Virus record (IMG/VR): IMGVR_UViG_3300009345_000003
Location: 1-64,000 of that record
Source: a virus
Direction: 5' to 3' (one strand)
DNA length: 64,000 bases
Numbering within the stretch: position 1 is the stretch's first letter; each line of letters begins with the position of its first letter. The position numbers were made by a program, and so were the translations under genes. Below are positions 20,321-30,529 of this stretch, one piece after another. The notes beneath the pieces are model-generated. The model saw only the letters and a list, made by a program, of their open reading frames with translations. It was not told where the DNA came from and made no database searches.

Positions 20321-20737
20321 ATGGGTGGAGTAATTACAAGACAAACATTAGCTAGTGCTGATGACATCAAACGCCGCAATCTTAAACTATCTAACTGCTA
20401 TCGTGTATTCCAGATGTTGGCTATAGAACACGACGTTCCTGTCGTAGCGTGCACGCTTTATGTATACGAAAGCGGCTCAGGATACACAACTGAAGTAGAC
20501 CTACATTTAAGGGCACCGTTAAATAGAGACTGGTTCAGAATGTCTGGTCGTGCCACTGGATCAGGTTATCACAAGGCTTCTGCTGCTTTAGAAGATGCTT
20601 ATGTGTACTCTGAAAGCATGATACTACAAGGTAAGCTCGGTGCTGCTGGTGATACAGCGATAAAAGAAGCACTACGCACTCACGTCGAGAGCTTAGGTTA
20701 TACAGGCGTAATTACTGAGAATGTAATTAATGTTTAA
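20321..20737 (+). CDS. conserved phage hypothetical protein
   Basis: SG.A.G.GYHK.SAAL..A motif; GGAGCTAAC RBS. Confidence 0.8.
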   Translation: MGGVITRQTLASADDIKRRNLKLSNCYRVFQMLAIEHDVPVVACTLYVYESGSGYTTEVDLHLRAPLNRDWFRMSGRATGSGYHKASAALEDAYVYSESMILQGKLGAAGDTAIKEALRTHVESLGYTGVITENVINV

Positions 20738-20890
20738 TTTTAATGATGATCCAATTGTCAAGGCTTGGTTAGAGTTTGTACAAACTAAAGACATACTTAA
20801 ATTAATCAAGTTTATGCTTCTTATCAGTGCTGTTACCAGTCTGTTTTATGTAATAACATATTTAATATTAATAAAATAAGGATATTTACT

Positions 20891-21289
20891 ATGAATGAAA
20901 AAAAATATAAGTACAATGGAAAGGAATACACGAAAAAAGAACTCATGACTGAAGCAGGCAAATGGAAGTACAGTGCTGACTACTATACAAAATTGTATGA
21001 AGGAGCTATTGAAGCCATTGGGAAGAAAAATGTTACCGATGGCTTTGAATGCAAACATGGTACATACCGCGTTGGTAAAGACACTGATTTTGTTGTCAAT
21101 AAAAAGGCTGTACGGCCTTATATCGATCTTGAAAAATTGTATAAAGAAGTCAAGTTCAGTAAAAAATTACTGACTACCTTGGTTAATAAGCAAGACTTAA
21201 TTGCACTAGAGGCTAAAAAAGCTTTTGGAAGTACAATCAAAGGTCCACAAATATCGTTCGTATTAAAGAAAACGAAAAAAAAGAAATAA
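20891..21289 (+). CDS. basic hypothetical protein
   Basis: AAGGA RBS; Lys-rich. Confidence 0.75.
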   Translation: MNEKKYKYNGKEYTKKELMTEAGKWKYSADYYTKLYEGAIEAIGKKNVTDGFECKHGTYRVGKDTDFVVNKKAVRPYIDLEKLYKEVKFSKKLLTTLVNKQDLIALEAKKAFGSTIKGPQISFVLKKTKKKK

Positions 21290-21314
21290 CATGAATAATG
21301 TTATAAAATAAAAA

Positions 21315-22898
21315 TTGTATAAAGGTGCTTTTATGTTTTATGAACCTACTGTTAAAGGGACTTTCCTATCAGAAGCTGAAATAGAAGACATAGCCTACAT
21401 ACGTGACATGCGTAATTGGGCTAAAAACTACACGCTACTTTGCAGCGAGTATAATAAAAAAGGTAATATTGATGCTTTTCGGGATAAGCTGCCTAAACAG
21501 TTAGTTTCAAACTATCTGAAACGAGGTATAAAACCTAGAAAGCATCAGATAGACCCTCTACTCATAGCTATCAATACTGGCAGACTAGCTTTGTTTGCCG
21601 GTATGGGTAGAGGTAAAACATTCATGGGCGGATACTATGCCGCTTATGTTCAACAATTTACGGACGCTGTTCACAAGTACCCCCACAACCAAGTACTGAT
21701 CGTGTGTCCAAAATCAGCCATACCTGTATGGACTGAAGAGTTGCCTAAGTTCTTCAACAGAACAGTATCTGTCTATAATAGGCAGAACCCTGATCTAGAT
21801 GGTGACATAGTAATCACTAACTTTGCTCAATTGGGTAACATTATGCCTTATAAAAATAACTTCTGTTGTGTGGTTATTGACGAGTCTGACAATGCTAAAA
21901 ATCCTGAAGCTGCTACCGTTCAAAATTTATATGAACTTTGTTCTGGTATCACGTACAGAATGGTCATGACTGGAACACCGGTTGTCAATGATCCCAGAGA
22001 CGCTTTTACTCAGCTTACTCTGATTAATCCTTATGCTTTCGGTTATTCGTACGAATACATGGTTAGTAAGTATTTTACCAATCGTTTTATTCGTAAAGCT
22101 GGGAAAACAAAGAAAGTATTCAAAGCTCAGTATGCAGGCCACTTCAATAAAGTCATGCAGCAAAATACGATCATCCAACCATCAACCAGTAAAGACGTTA
22201 ATGTTGAGCCGTACGTATACAGATGCAAACAGACGGCGAATCAAAAACGTTTGACAAAGAGTGTAGCAAACGGCTATATTGATGTTATACACAAAAAAGC
22301 AAAAAAAGATATTAAACGAAAATTACTAAAGGCTGAACTTCAAAAAAGCCTGCAAGTATCTTCTGGATTTTTAATGGCCGAAGATCAGATTATTGAAGTC
22401 GAATCAAATAAAATAAACGCAGCTTTAGCTAAGGTTAAGGAGCTTAACGCACAAGGCGAAAAAGTTATTATCTGGACAGTGTTCCAGCATACAACTAAAC
22501 AGCTTTTGCGAAAGCTACATAGCTCTAAAGCCATTTATGGTGCATCAACAAATAAACAGCGCGCTACCGCTATCAAAGAGTTTAAAGAAGGCGACTTGAA
22601 GAACCTTATTCTCCAAGTAAAGTCTGGTAGCGCGGCTTTAAATCTACAGGTATGTTGTAAAAATGTGTACGTCGAATACCCTTGGACAGCAGCAATGATG
22701 CAGCAATCTATTTCTAGAACAGCTAGAAGTGGGCAGACTAGGGATGTAGAGTTACACATTTTTTATACAGAAAATACATCTGATGAACTTGCATTGCAAG
22801 TTATCAAAAAGAAAGAAAAATTAACGTCCGTAATTATGCAAAACTATTTAGCTAAACAATTTAAATCGTTATTTCAAAGCAACAGGAGAAAAAAATGA
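21315..22898 (+). CDS. SNF2-like SF2 helicase
   Basis: MGRGKT (I), IVCPKS (Ia), IDESD (II), MTGTPV.N (III), LNLQ (V), QSISRTARSGQ (VI). Confidence 0.92.
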   Translation: MYKGAFMFYEPTVKGTFLSEAEIEDIAYIRDMRNWAKNYTLLCSEYNKKGNIDAFRDKLPKQLVSNYLKRGIKPRKHQIDPLLIAINTGRLALFAGMGRGKTFMGGYYAAYVQQFTDAVHKYPHNQVLIVCPKSAIPVWTEELPKFFNRTVSVYNRQNPDLDGDIVITNFAQLGNIMPYKNNFCCVVIDESDNAKNPEAATVQNLYELCSGITYRMVMTGTPVVNDPRDAFTQLTLINPYAFGYSYEYMVSKYFTNRFIRKAGKTKKVFKAQYAGHFNKVMQQNTIIQPSTSKDVNVEPYVYRCKQTANQKRLTKSVANGYIDVIHKKAKKDIKRKLLKAELQKSLQVSSGFLMAEDQIIEVESNKINAALAKVKELNAQGEKVIIWTVFQHTTKQLLRKLHSSKAIYGASTNKQRATAIKEFKEGDLKNLILQVKSGSAALNLQVCCKNVYVEYPWTAAMMQQSISRTARSGQTRDVELHIFYTENTSDELALQVIKKKEKLTSVIMQNYLAKQFKSLFQSNRRKK

Positions 22899-23329
22899 AC
22901 GTAGACAAAGAGTACACCGGTTTGTATTCTTTTGTAAACATGTCGGGTATAACCCTCGCCATAAGTGAAAAATTCGGAGACAACACCAAAAGCATCGTCC
23001 AAATAGGTCGGTCAATAGTTTCAAGCATCATGCGAGGTGCAGGTTATAAGCATATATACAAAACTAACAACTATATGCGCGAAATAAACACTGTTGACGA
23101 GGCTGAAGAAGCTTTAAACAACGTTACTAGTTCTACTAGCATATATGATTTAATAATATACGCTGTACGTAAATTACACGAACGCGGCGAACACTTACGC
23201 ATTTATTGTACCCCTGCATACACATATAACGAATTACAGGATTTTGTAACATGGGTTCATACTAACTGTGAAGGGGTGAAAGCAAACGTTGGCATAAACT
23301 CTATAATCCACATTAAATTGCATATATAA
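22895..23329 (+). CDS. hypothetical protein, tandem paralog family member 1
   Basis: About 145 aa; similar to the next three ORFs. Confidence 0.8.
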   Translation: MNVDKEYTGLYSFVNMSGITLAISEKFGDNTKSIVQIGRSIVSSIMRGAGYKHIYKTNNYMREINTVDEAEEALNNVTSSTSIYDLIIYAVRKLHERGEHLRIYCTPAYTYNELQDFVTWVHTNCEGVKANVGINSIIHIKLHI

Positions 23330-23344
23330 AGACAAGGAGCTAAC

Positions 23345-23800
23345 ATGAGTATTGCACCAGACTGTGAGCTTGGCTACATAGTCAGCGCTAATTTGTACAG
23401 TTTTGCTAAATCATTAACTGAATTCCCGCACTTTAAAGAATGTTCTTTACACATTGATGATGCTGGGAAACTCATTCAAGGCCTTATGGAGACGCTAGGT
23501 TACAGAACATTGTATGGCACGTATAACTACATGTATACTACTACTGTGAAAGCGCACGCTAAACGGGCCAAATTTATACTGAGTGAATCATGCTATTTGG
23601 CTGATTTGATTAATTCCTTAATGCTCGATCCTATCATTCCTGCCATTGATAGCCATCATCAATGGATATATTTTCCAGACAACACACCTGTTTTATGTAT
23701 CGTGTGCTTTAGCGACTACATAAACCGGTATTGCTACGACGAGATATACGCATCTTTTGACGCAACTTATACTATTGAAATTGAATATAAGGGAAAATAA
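23345..23800 (+). CDS. hypothetical protein, tandem paralog family member 2
   Basis: LM..LGY...Y.T.NYM similar to 22895; GGAGCTAACATG start. Confidence 0.8.
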   Translation: MSIAPDCELGYIVSANLYSFAKSLTEFPHFKECSLHIDDAGKLIQGLMETLGYRTLYGTYNYMYTTTVKAHAKRAKFILSESCYLADLINSLMLDPIIPAIDSHHQWIYFPDNTPVLCIVCFSDYINRYCYDEIYASFDATYTIEIEYKGK

Positions 23801-23802
23801 AA

Positions 23803-24243
23803 ATGCATATTACGTATCGTTTCATTACATACTCGCACGTCGGCATAAATATTAAAGAAATAGCTGAAATGTTTGCATTACAGCTAGGTATTTGCAGCAA
23901 TAAAATAACTACAGCTATCCAGTACGCTACTAACGTATGTACAGCTCTAGGATTTACATTCGATGAGCACTCTTTTTATGGTTTGTACGCTACAGATAGC
24001 AAAGAAAAAGCACGACGAATGTGTGTTATTTTAAGTAGCGCGCAACAGATTGTAACTTTATACGATGCTGTTCCTGAACTTGCCCCATCATACTTTGGCA
24101 AGTGGTTTATTCCGATAAACGTCACAAAAACATATAGCTACCGACCAGAATTGATAAATTACTTAAGGAAAACATCTACTCGGTACGACTATTCAACTAC
24201 ACCCGAAGGTCATCTGTGTATATCAAAACTAGAAGACGTGTAA
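23803..24243 (+). CDS. hypothetical protein, tandem paralog family member 3
   Basis: C.ALG..(F/Y)D pattern shared with 24279. Confidence 0.8.
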   Translation: MHITYRFITYSHVGINIKEIAEMFALQLGICSNKITTAIQYATNVCTALGFTFDEHSFYGLYATDSKEKARRMCVILSSAQQIVTLYDAVPELAPSYFGKWFIPINVTKTYSYRPELINYLRKTSTRYDYSTTPEGHLCISKLEDV

Positions 24244-24278
24244 CAATTTATTTTAAACAAGTATAAAGGAGTAATAAG

Positions 24279-24719
24279 ATGATAAATTTAACAGTATATA
24301 AAGTAGACATTTTCTACAAAGTTGAAGCGGAGTCAATCATTGATGCTTTCATCAAGGACATACCTAAGTTAACCAGAGAGGTCGCTACAAACTTTGTTTT
24401 AATGTTGTGCGCAGCTTTAGGTTTACCTTATGATTCGGAAATTGGTTCCCTCTTAGGCTATGCAGACAACCTTGAAAAATATCATGAGCAAAAGGAGATG
24501 TTAGTATCCATTTGGTTTCCGGTCAATTTATGCGAATACGCTGTGTATAATAATAGTATCTTTGATAAACACTTTATGTATACGCTAAATACTGATGAAG
24601 AAATTGAGCAATCAACATATTTAGCTAAATATATAAATGAAACAGCAACACACATCAAAGCGTACATAAAAGAAAACAAACTCGTAATGAAGGCAACAGA
24701 ACATGAAATTGACAGTTAA
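24279..24719 (+). CDS. hypothetical protein, tandem paralog family member 4
   Basis: AAGGAG RBS; similarity to 23803. Confidence 0.8.
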   Translation: MINLTVYKVDIFYKVEAESIIDAFIKDIPKLTREVATNFVLMLCAALGLPYDSEIGSLLGYADNLEKYHEQKEMLVSIWFPVNLCEYAVYNNSIFDKHFMYTLNTDEEIEQSTYLAKYINETATHIKAYIKENKLVMKATEHEIDS

Positions 24720-25059
24720 AGAACAATTAGTAAACATAACTTTAGCTTTAGCGCTACTTGCACCAGTAGCTTGGCTAACACAGCACGTTGAATACTTAGC
24801 TATAGTTATATTTAGTATAGTTGCATCTTTTGTAATTCAAACAGTAGTATACATGCTATATCACGAATCTATAAAGTACGCTAAAAAAGTTGCTATATGT
24901 TTAGTAGCAAGTGCTGTGATGATCCTTGGCTTAGTTATTTCTTTATTGCGCCTTACGTTTATTTCTGATGATTCTAGTTATGAAATATTAGATTCAATAA
25001 AAGTAACTATGGATAATATTCTTAAAGATTATCCAGATATGAGGAATTCTAAAAAATGA
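24703..25059 (+). CDS. membrane protein
   Basis: Three hydrophobic segments. Confidence 0.75.
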   Translation: MKLTVKEQLVNITLALALLAPVAWLTQHVEYLAIVIFSIVASFVIQTVVYMLYHESIKYAKKVAICLVASAVMILGLVISLLRLTFISDDSSYEILDSIKVTMDNILKDYPDMRNSKK

Positions 25060-25514
25060 CCAGACCGACATGGATTGAATACTTCATGCAGTTCGCTGTT
25101 CAGGCTGCTACAAGATCAACCTGCTTGAGGCAAAAAGTAGGTGCTGTAATCGTTAAAGACAAACGTATCCTGGCCACAGGCTATAACGGGGCGGCTAACG
25201 GCACAAAACACTGTCTAGATCGTGGTGGCTGTTATAGAGCTACAAATAATGTCCCTTCAGGGCACGAGCAGCAAATGTGCTATGCAGTACACGCAGAACA
25301 GAACGCCATATGCCAAGCTGCGAGGTTCGGCGTACCTATTGAAGGTAGTGATTTATTTTGCACACACAAACCGTGTTCAATTTGCGCAAAATTAATTGTG
25401 CAAACGGGCATCAAATCTGTAAACTATTTGAAAGAATATCCTGATGAACTGACAAATATAATCTTACATGAAGGTTGTGTAGCACAGAAACATATAATCT
25501 TAATTAATGACTAA
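25056..25514 (+). CDS. dCMP deaminase
   Basis: RSTCLR.KVGAVIV, HAEQNAI and PCSIC zinc motifs. Confidence 0.95.
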   Translation: MTRPTWIEYFMQFAVQAATRSTCLRQKVGAVIVKDKRILATGYNGAANGTKHCLDRGGCYRATNNVPSGHEQQMCYAVHAEQNAICQAARFGVPIEGSDLFCTHKPCSICAKLIVQTGIKSVNYLKEYPDELTNIILHEGCVAQKHIILIND

Positions 25515-25587
25515 AGGAATTTTTAATTATGAGTGACACATACCATGTTAAAAAACTTGCACACTTTCAAAAAAGGAGCATAAAATA

Positions 25588-26106
25588 ATGCACGATTATA
25601 AGCAAGGTGAGACAGTTATTGTTCTTAAAAATGGACACAAATGTGTAGGTGTAGTTACAAAAATAACAAAGATGAACGTAATAGCTCCAGGTAAAGTAGG
25701 CGTAGAAACAATCAGTACAATAGTTAATGTTTGGGTAATCTGGGATAACTATACAGAAGAAGAACACCCGTATATCGACTATGTAGATTACTACAACAAG
25801 TATGGTAAAGATTATTTCGACTTCATTACAGATACAGAAACTAATAAGTACTGTCGAAACATGGATTCTTGCTACTCCATCGACGATGTTATGAAAAAAA
25901 CTAATAAACTCTATGACAAAATCATCACTGACCATTTGATTGATTTTATCAAAAACGAATTATTAAAAAAGGATGACTACAACTATACTGACCGTGATAT
26001 GCTTGAAGATACAATTGATGTCCTTGGATACGATATTCCCAATGATCAATATTTGCTACAACTGCCTGACGATATATACAAATTAACAAAAGGAGTATAC
26101 TCATAA
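25588..26106 (+). CDS. hypothetical protein
   Basis: AAGGAG RBS; SH3-like N-terminus. Confidence 0.75.
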   Translation: MHDYKQGETVIVLKNGHKCVGVVTKITKMNVIAPGKVGVETISTIVNVWVIWDNYTEEEHPYIDYVDYYNKYGKDYFDFITDTETNKYCRNMDSCYSIDDVMKKTNKLYDKIITDHLIDFIKNELLKKDDYNYTDRDMLEDTIDVLGYDIPNDQYLLQLPDDIYKLTKGVYS

Positions 26107-27233
26107 TGATCTGTGCTAAAAACATGGCTTTCACAATCGTAAAGTACAATAAAGGTGACTGTACCTTGAACCCGTATGAAATACGGGATGCTCTAATTAG
26201 AAAAGAATTTATTCCTATTGATGACTCACCCTCGACAGCTAAAAGCGCAGGTTTTATAGGCTGGAATGACGAAACACCTATAATGGAATATGATTGTGTT
26301 ATTGCCGCTCAATACAGGATAGATGAACGTAAAGTTAATAGTAAAAAACTGCGATTGGAAACAGATGCCAAAGAAGCAGTTCTGCTTAAAGAACTTCAAG
26401 AAGCCAACCCAGACCAGGAGAAAGTATTCGTTTCAAGAGCACGTAAAAAAGAAATCAAAGAACAGTGTCACCTTACGTTATTAACAAAAACAGTACCTAC
26501 GCCTAACTTTTGCGATGTATTCATTGACACGAATGAAGAACACATCCTTATTGGCAGTACTTCTGAAAAAATAATCGACGAAATTACTGTTACACTAGTT
26601 TATTTACTCGGTATTGATTGTTTTAGAGATTCTACAGATATCTATTATGATATAAGGGACACATTCCCTACACCTGAAGTTGGCGATAAAATTATTGCTA
26701 AACAATTCAATAACAATATCATCCCGGAGATCATTTGGGGTCAATATTTATTACTCTTGTGGTACATGATTGAAAACACTAATGCAGAATTTAACATAAA
26801 GTATGATCTGAAACCTAGTAGCAATATTAAACTAATGACAGGTGTAGCTAAATTATCAAAAAATAGTGAAGACAGTGCTCATGAAGATATCAAGTACATA
26901 CTTCATCAAGATAACATACTAAAAAATAACGGTAATACCACAGTGGTTACATTTGGTTTTGATATCAGGGAAATACTTCACGGCTATATGGAGTTAACCA
27001 ACTACAAGCAAATCAAGTTCAAACATGACTATGATGTGCCCAAAACAATCAAGGAAGAAAATGATGTCATCGAATACATTGAATATACAAAGCACATCGT
27101 AAAATTTTACGAAAAGCTACTTATTCAATTAAGGCTGCTAAGATTTAGCCCAGGCTGGAAAGAAACAGTAAAAGACCTATTTGAATGGCTTGTAATGGCT
27201 GCTCCTGAATGTGAGCGCAATGAGGTAAAATAA
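26106..27233 (+). CDS. RdgC-like recombination-associated protein
   Basis: F.PID...SAGF.GW...YRIDERKV...VSRARKKEIKEQ..L.LL....P.P...DV resembles RdgC N-terminal half. Confidence 0.7.
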   Translation: MICAKNMAFTIVKYNKGDCTLNPYEIRDALIRKEFIPIDDSPSTAKSAGFIGWNDETPIMEYDCVIAAQYRIDERKVNSKKLRLETDAKEAVLLKELQEANPDQEKVFVSRARKKEIKEQCHLTLLTKTVPTPNFCDVFIDTNEEHILIGSTSEKIIDEITVTLVYLLGIDCFRDSTDIYYDIRDTFPTPEVGDKIIAKQFNNNIIPEIIWGQYLLLLWYMIENTNAEFNIKYDLKPSSNIKLMTGVAKLSKNSEDSAHEDIKYILHQDNILKNNGNTTVVTFGFDIREILHGYMELTNYKQIKFKHDYDVPKTIKEENDVIEYIEYTKHIVKFYEKLLIQLRLLRFSPGWKETVKDLFEWLVMAAPECERNEVK

Positions 27234-27490
27234 TGACAGGCAACACAATCGAAAAATTCTATGTAGATGCTGTTGAAAAAATCGGACACTTTGAAAAAGC
27301 GTACAGATACAAATCTGCATGTTTATGCCTTGTTAAGGCTTTGGAAAGAGCGGTTACTTTAACTGAATATGCGCAAATTAAACGTAAAATAGTTGAGTAC
27401 AACATAAAAGCAGAAACTGAACGTAAAATGGTTGAATACATTATAAAATCAGAAACTGAGTTTATGCGTGCACGCAACATAAAACTGTAA
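27233..27490 (+). CDS. hypothetical helical protein (MIT-like pattern)
   Basis: GAGGT RBS. Confidence 0.65.
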   Translation: MTGNTIEKFYVDAVEKIGHFEKAYRYKSACLCLVKALERAVTLTEYAQIKRKIVEYNIKAETERKMVEYIIKSETEFMRARNIKL

Positions 27491-27586
27491 ACAAACGGAG
27501 ATAAAAGTACAAATAAAATCATTTACATTAGTTGCTACAAAATACTTCATACTAAATCAAACAAAACAATATCAGAAGGTAACAAC

Positions 27587-27811
27587 ATGAAAAAACAATA
27601 CACTCAAAGAGGCTTTGGTTTGATCACTATGCTGTCGTATCCTGACGGTGTAGAAGAACGAGTTATTCAGGTATCCAGTGCAGCGTCAGCACCTCATTTG
27701 TGGGTAGGTGAAAACCACCACTTGAATAGAGCTGAGGTCATCGATTTAATTAAATACCTAAACATATGGTTAGCTACAGAGACATTTGATGAGGTATACC
27801 TAAATGACTAA
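27587..27811 (+). CDS. small conserved phage protein
   Basis: T.RGF...Q.SSAA..PHLWVG...HLNR.EV..LI..L..WL motif. Confidence 0.8.
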   Translation: MKKQYTQRGFGLITMLSYPDGVEERVIQVSSAASAPHLWVGENHHLNRAEVIDLIKYLNIWLATETFDEVYLND

Positions 27812-28040
27812 AATAATAACTTTCCTAAACTATACAGCTTACGTACTCATCATATATAGCTCTATCATGCTTATTAAAGCACTGTGTACACACTGTTACT
27901 ACAGGTGTACTGAACACGGTAGAAAACTACACGCGTTAGTCAAACTATGTAATAAGGTTGGCACAGATGAAATAAAAATTGATTGGGGTGTTAAACCCTT
28001 AATCATAATGATCGTATCTATAATATGGTTAAACATGTGA
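27804..28040 (+). CDS. small membrane protein
   Basis: Two hydrophobic segments; GAGGT RBS. Confidence 0.7.
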   Translation: MTKIITFLNYTAYVLIIYSSIMLIKALCTHCYYRCTEHGRKLHALVKLCNKVGTDEIKIDWGVKPLIIMIVSIIWLNM

Positions 28041-28552
28041 TCATTTTAGTTAAACGACTTCTACTAGCTGGAGCGGTGTTACTTAGTTTGACACCGCTCC
28101 AGCTACAGATTTTAAACATAGGGAAAAAACCGACTCAAGCTGCTACCGTTTATCAAGATGGTAACTTAAAAAAACTACAGCTTAAAATAGCGGCTCTTGA
28201 AGGAAAAGTTAAAGGTTTAGAAATTGTAATCAATAGACTAAAGAAACGTGGAGAGTTAAAAGTAACAGCTACAGCGTACAGTCCTACTGTCGAAGAATGT
28301 GACGCTGACCCCTGGAACACAGCTTTGATGACTAGACCAACGGAAGGCAGGACACTAGCTGTTTCTCAAGATTTGAGACATCTGCTTGGTAAATACGTCT
28401 ATATCCCTGGCTACGGTAAGTATTTAGTGGAAGACTTGATGAACAAACGCTTTAAAAAGAGGATAGATTTCTTCTACGAAAATACATACAGGGCCAAAAA
28501 ATTTGGTAAAAAGAAATTAAAAATGGTGGTTTTAGACAATATAGGAGGATAA
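28025..28552 (+). CDS. 3D-domain (lytic transglycosylase-like) protein with signal/anchor and coiled coil
   Basis: VTATAYS...AVSQDL...VED.M...RIDFF. Confidence 0.88.
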   Translation: MVKHVIILVKRLLLAGAVLLSLTPLQLQILNIGKKPTQAATVYQDGNLKKLQLKIAALEGKVKGLEIVINRLKKRGELKVTATAYSPTVEECDADPWNTALMTRPTEGRTLAVSQDLRHLLGKYVYIPGYGKYLVEDLMNKRFKKRIDFFYENTYRAKKFGKKKLKMVVLDNIGG

Positions 28553-28554
28553 AA

Positions 28555-29118
28555 ATGAATGAAAAGCTACTCTGCCCAGAATGTGGTGGCCAAGCACGCT
28601 TTGGTATAGACAAAATATACGACCCTAAAAGTAAAAGTGATATATACCGCTCGTGGATTTGTTGTACTGATTGTGGGCATGCACTAGGCCGATATGGAGC
28701 TAATTTAGAGGGTTTAAAACAAATATGGATAGAAATGGGAACCAAAGAAATTTGGAAGCAAAAAGAAACAACAAAAACAGTATTAATTAAATCTCCAAAA
28801 GATTTAATAACTTACAGATTTAGAGAACTTATAGTTAAAACATTAACAAAGCAAGACATTGAAAAATACATTACAGCAGAAGTACCCTATGAACCTGAAA
28901 TCCCGGAAGAGATTAAAGGGATAGCTATGGGGCACGGTGGTTTTCGTCTAACCATTGAATTCCCTTTATTTGAAATGATGTTTCAAATCGAATACTACAT
29001 TGACTTGTGGTATAACGAAATTTTAGAATTTAGACTATACTCAGATAACCCAGCATTTAAAGATATAACATACAAAGATTTTTATGCTATGGTTATGAAC
29101 TTCATTAGCACCCTGTAA
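28555..29118 (+). CDS. hypothetical protein with Lar-like N-terminal Zn ribbon
   Basis: LLCPECGGQA...CTDCG. Confidence 0.7.
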   Translation: MNEKLLCPECGGQARFGIDKIYDPKSKSDIYRSWICCTDCGHALGRYGANLEGLKQIWIEMGTKEIWKQKETTKTVLIKSPKDLITYRFRELIVKTLTKQDIEKYITAEVPYEPEIPEEIKGIAMGHGGFRLTIEFPLFEMMFQIEYYIDLWYNEILEFRLYSDNPAFKDITYKDFYAMVMNFISTL

Positions 29119-29136
29119 AAAGCAAGGAGCAAAAAC

Positions 29137-29460
29137 ATGATCTTAGTACTCATAGCGCTCATAATTATTTTATGCATGCTAGCAATAGTTCAACGTGTAG
29201 CATACACAAAAATTAAATACGAACTTTACGACTGTGACAATGAACGAAATAAACTAGACTGCGATTATAGAACACTGAGAGAGGCTGTTCACCGAGAAGC
29301 CGCGCATAAAATAGACTTAAGAGGTAACTACTTACATTTACAGTCTGAATATTATAAAGTTGAAAACCAACTTAAAGAAGCAACTAAACTCTTGGAAGAA
29401 TTTAAAGATGTACGTATATGTGAATTACTAAGTAAAATTAAAAAGGATAGACAACAATGA
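29137..29460 (+). CDS. membrane-anchored coiled-coil protein
   Basis: N-terminal TM then heptad pattern. Confidence 0.7.
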   Translation: MILVLIALIIILCMLAIVQRVAYTKIKYELYDCDNERNKLDCDYRTLREAVHREAAHKIDLRGNYLHLQSEYYKVENQLKEATKLLEEFKDVRICELLSKIKKDRQQ

Positions 29461-29909
29461 TATTATGTTTTTGCTTACTTATTATTTTACTGGGCGCATT
29501 AACAGCTACTACGTTTGAATTTTACAAAGATAAAGTTGAATTCGGTGCAATGCTTTTGGGTATTATTTCTGGTGTGCTGTTTGTAATTTTATTCAGCATG
29601 TATTGCATCTTATTAGCACCTGCAACAGTAGCTACTTTTAAGATAGTAACACCGTTATTATTAGTAATCTACTTTTCAAGTACTATATTTTTTTCAATAC
29701 TGTTTAGTAGTACTAATGGCAGCGATTTAGATGCTATTATGTTTATATGCGCGATAATTTTTTTAATCAGTGCGAGTATTGTTAAAATTAACATGGAGGA
29801 TTATTCGTGGAGTTTGTATATAAAGGAGACAAATGGAACAGAATTTACGAATACAACGGAATTAAAAAAAGTCTTCGAGAATGGCACACATATTTTAATT
29901 CAAAAGTGA
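29457..29909 (+). CDS. multi-pass membrane protein
   Basis: Four hydrophobic segments. Confidence 0.7.
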   Translation: MILCFCLLIILLGALTATTFEFYKDKVEFGAMLLGIISGVLFVILFSMYCILLAPATVATFKIVTPLLLVIYFSSTIFFSILFSSTNGSDLDAIMFICAIIFLISASIVKINMEDYSWSLYIKETNGTEFTNTTELKKVFENGTHILIQK

Positions 29910-30457
29910 TTTATGAAACACTGATCCATAGGATCATAAACAACTATCCATTTGAACAATGTTTTGATGCTGACCAGAAATGCAACTTACTAGACAAGGT
30001 TAAGTACAAAGGTTTCGGCGTAGAAAAAACCATCTCTGAGTGGTTAAAAGATAGTCGCTGTCCATATAAAGACAGGTATTTATTTAGTGAAAAATTGCGT
30101 GCATCAGGTGATGTAGAAACTGTATTTGCTAATTATAAAAAACCACGAAGTACTACACGTAAAAATGAAATAAAGTATAAAGCTTTTGGTGTTTATAAGA
30201 CTGCTAAACAATGGGTGGAAGACCCAAGATGTAATTTATCTCTCAGAGGTCTACGAAGCAGATTACAAAATAGCGCATATGCATTTGTTCCTAACCAAAT
30301 AAAAATCACTACCGATGAAGCAGCTTACAGGCTGTATTGTAAAAAGCACAGACCTAAACCTAAAGAAAAACATGAAATGTATGTATACTACGACTATGAA
30401 TGTATTCCGATAGCAGGACAAAGTGATTTTACGATACCTATAAGTAGTGAATGGTAA
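29807..30457 (+). CDS. putative DNA-binding repeat protein
   Basis: Three copies of Y..(F/N)G..K(T/S)..(E/Q)W, like C-terminal DNA-binding modules of phage HNH endonucleases; no HNH core. Confidence 0.65.
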   Translation: MEFVYKGDKWNRIYEYNGIKKSLREWHTYFNSKVIYETLIHRIINNYPFEQCFDADQKCNLLDKVKYKGFGVEKTISEWLKDSRCPYKDRYLFSEKLRASGDVETVFANYKKPRSTTRKNEIKYKAFGVYKTAKQWVEDPRCNLSLRGLRSRLQNSAYAFVPNQIKITTDEAAYRLYCKKHRPKPKEKHEMYVYYDYECIPIAGQSDFTIPISSEW

Positions 30458-30529
30458 AAAGACATTTCAAGTAATTACTGAATGTAAATAATAATAATTA
30501 TTTATACAAACTACATAGGAGAATTTTTA

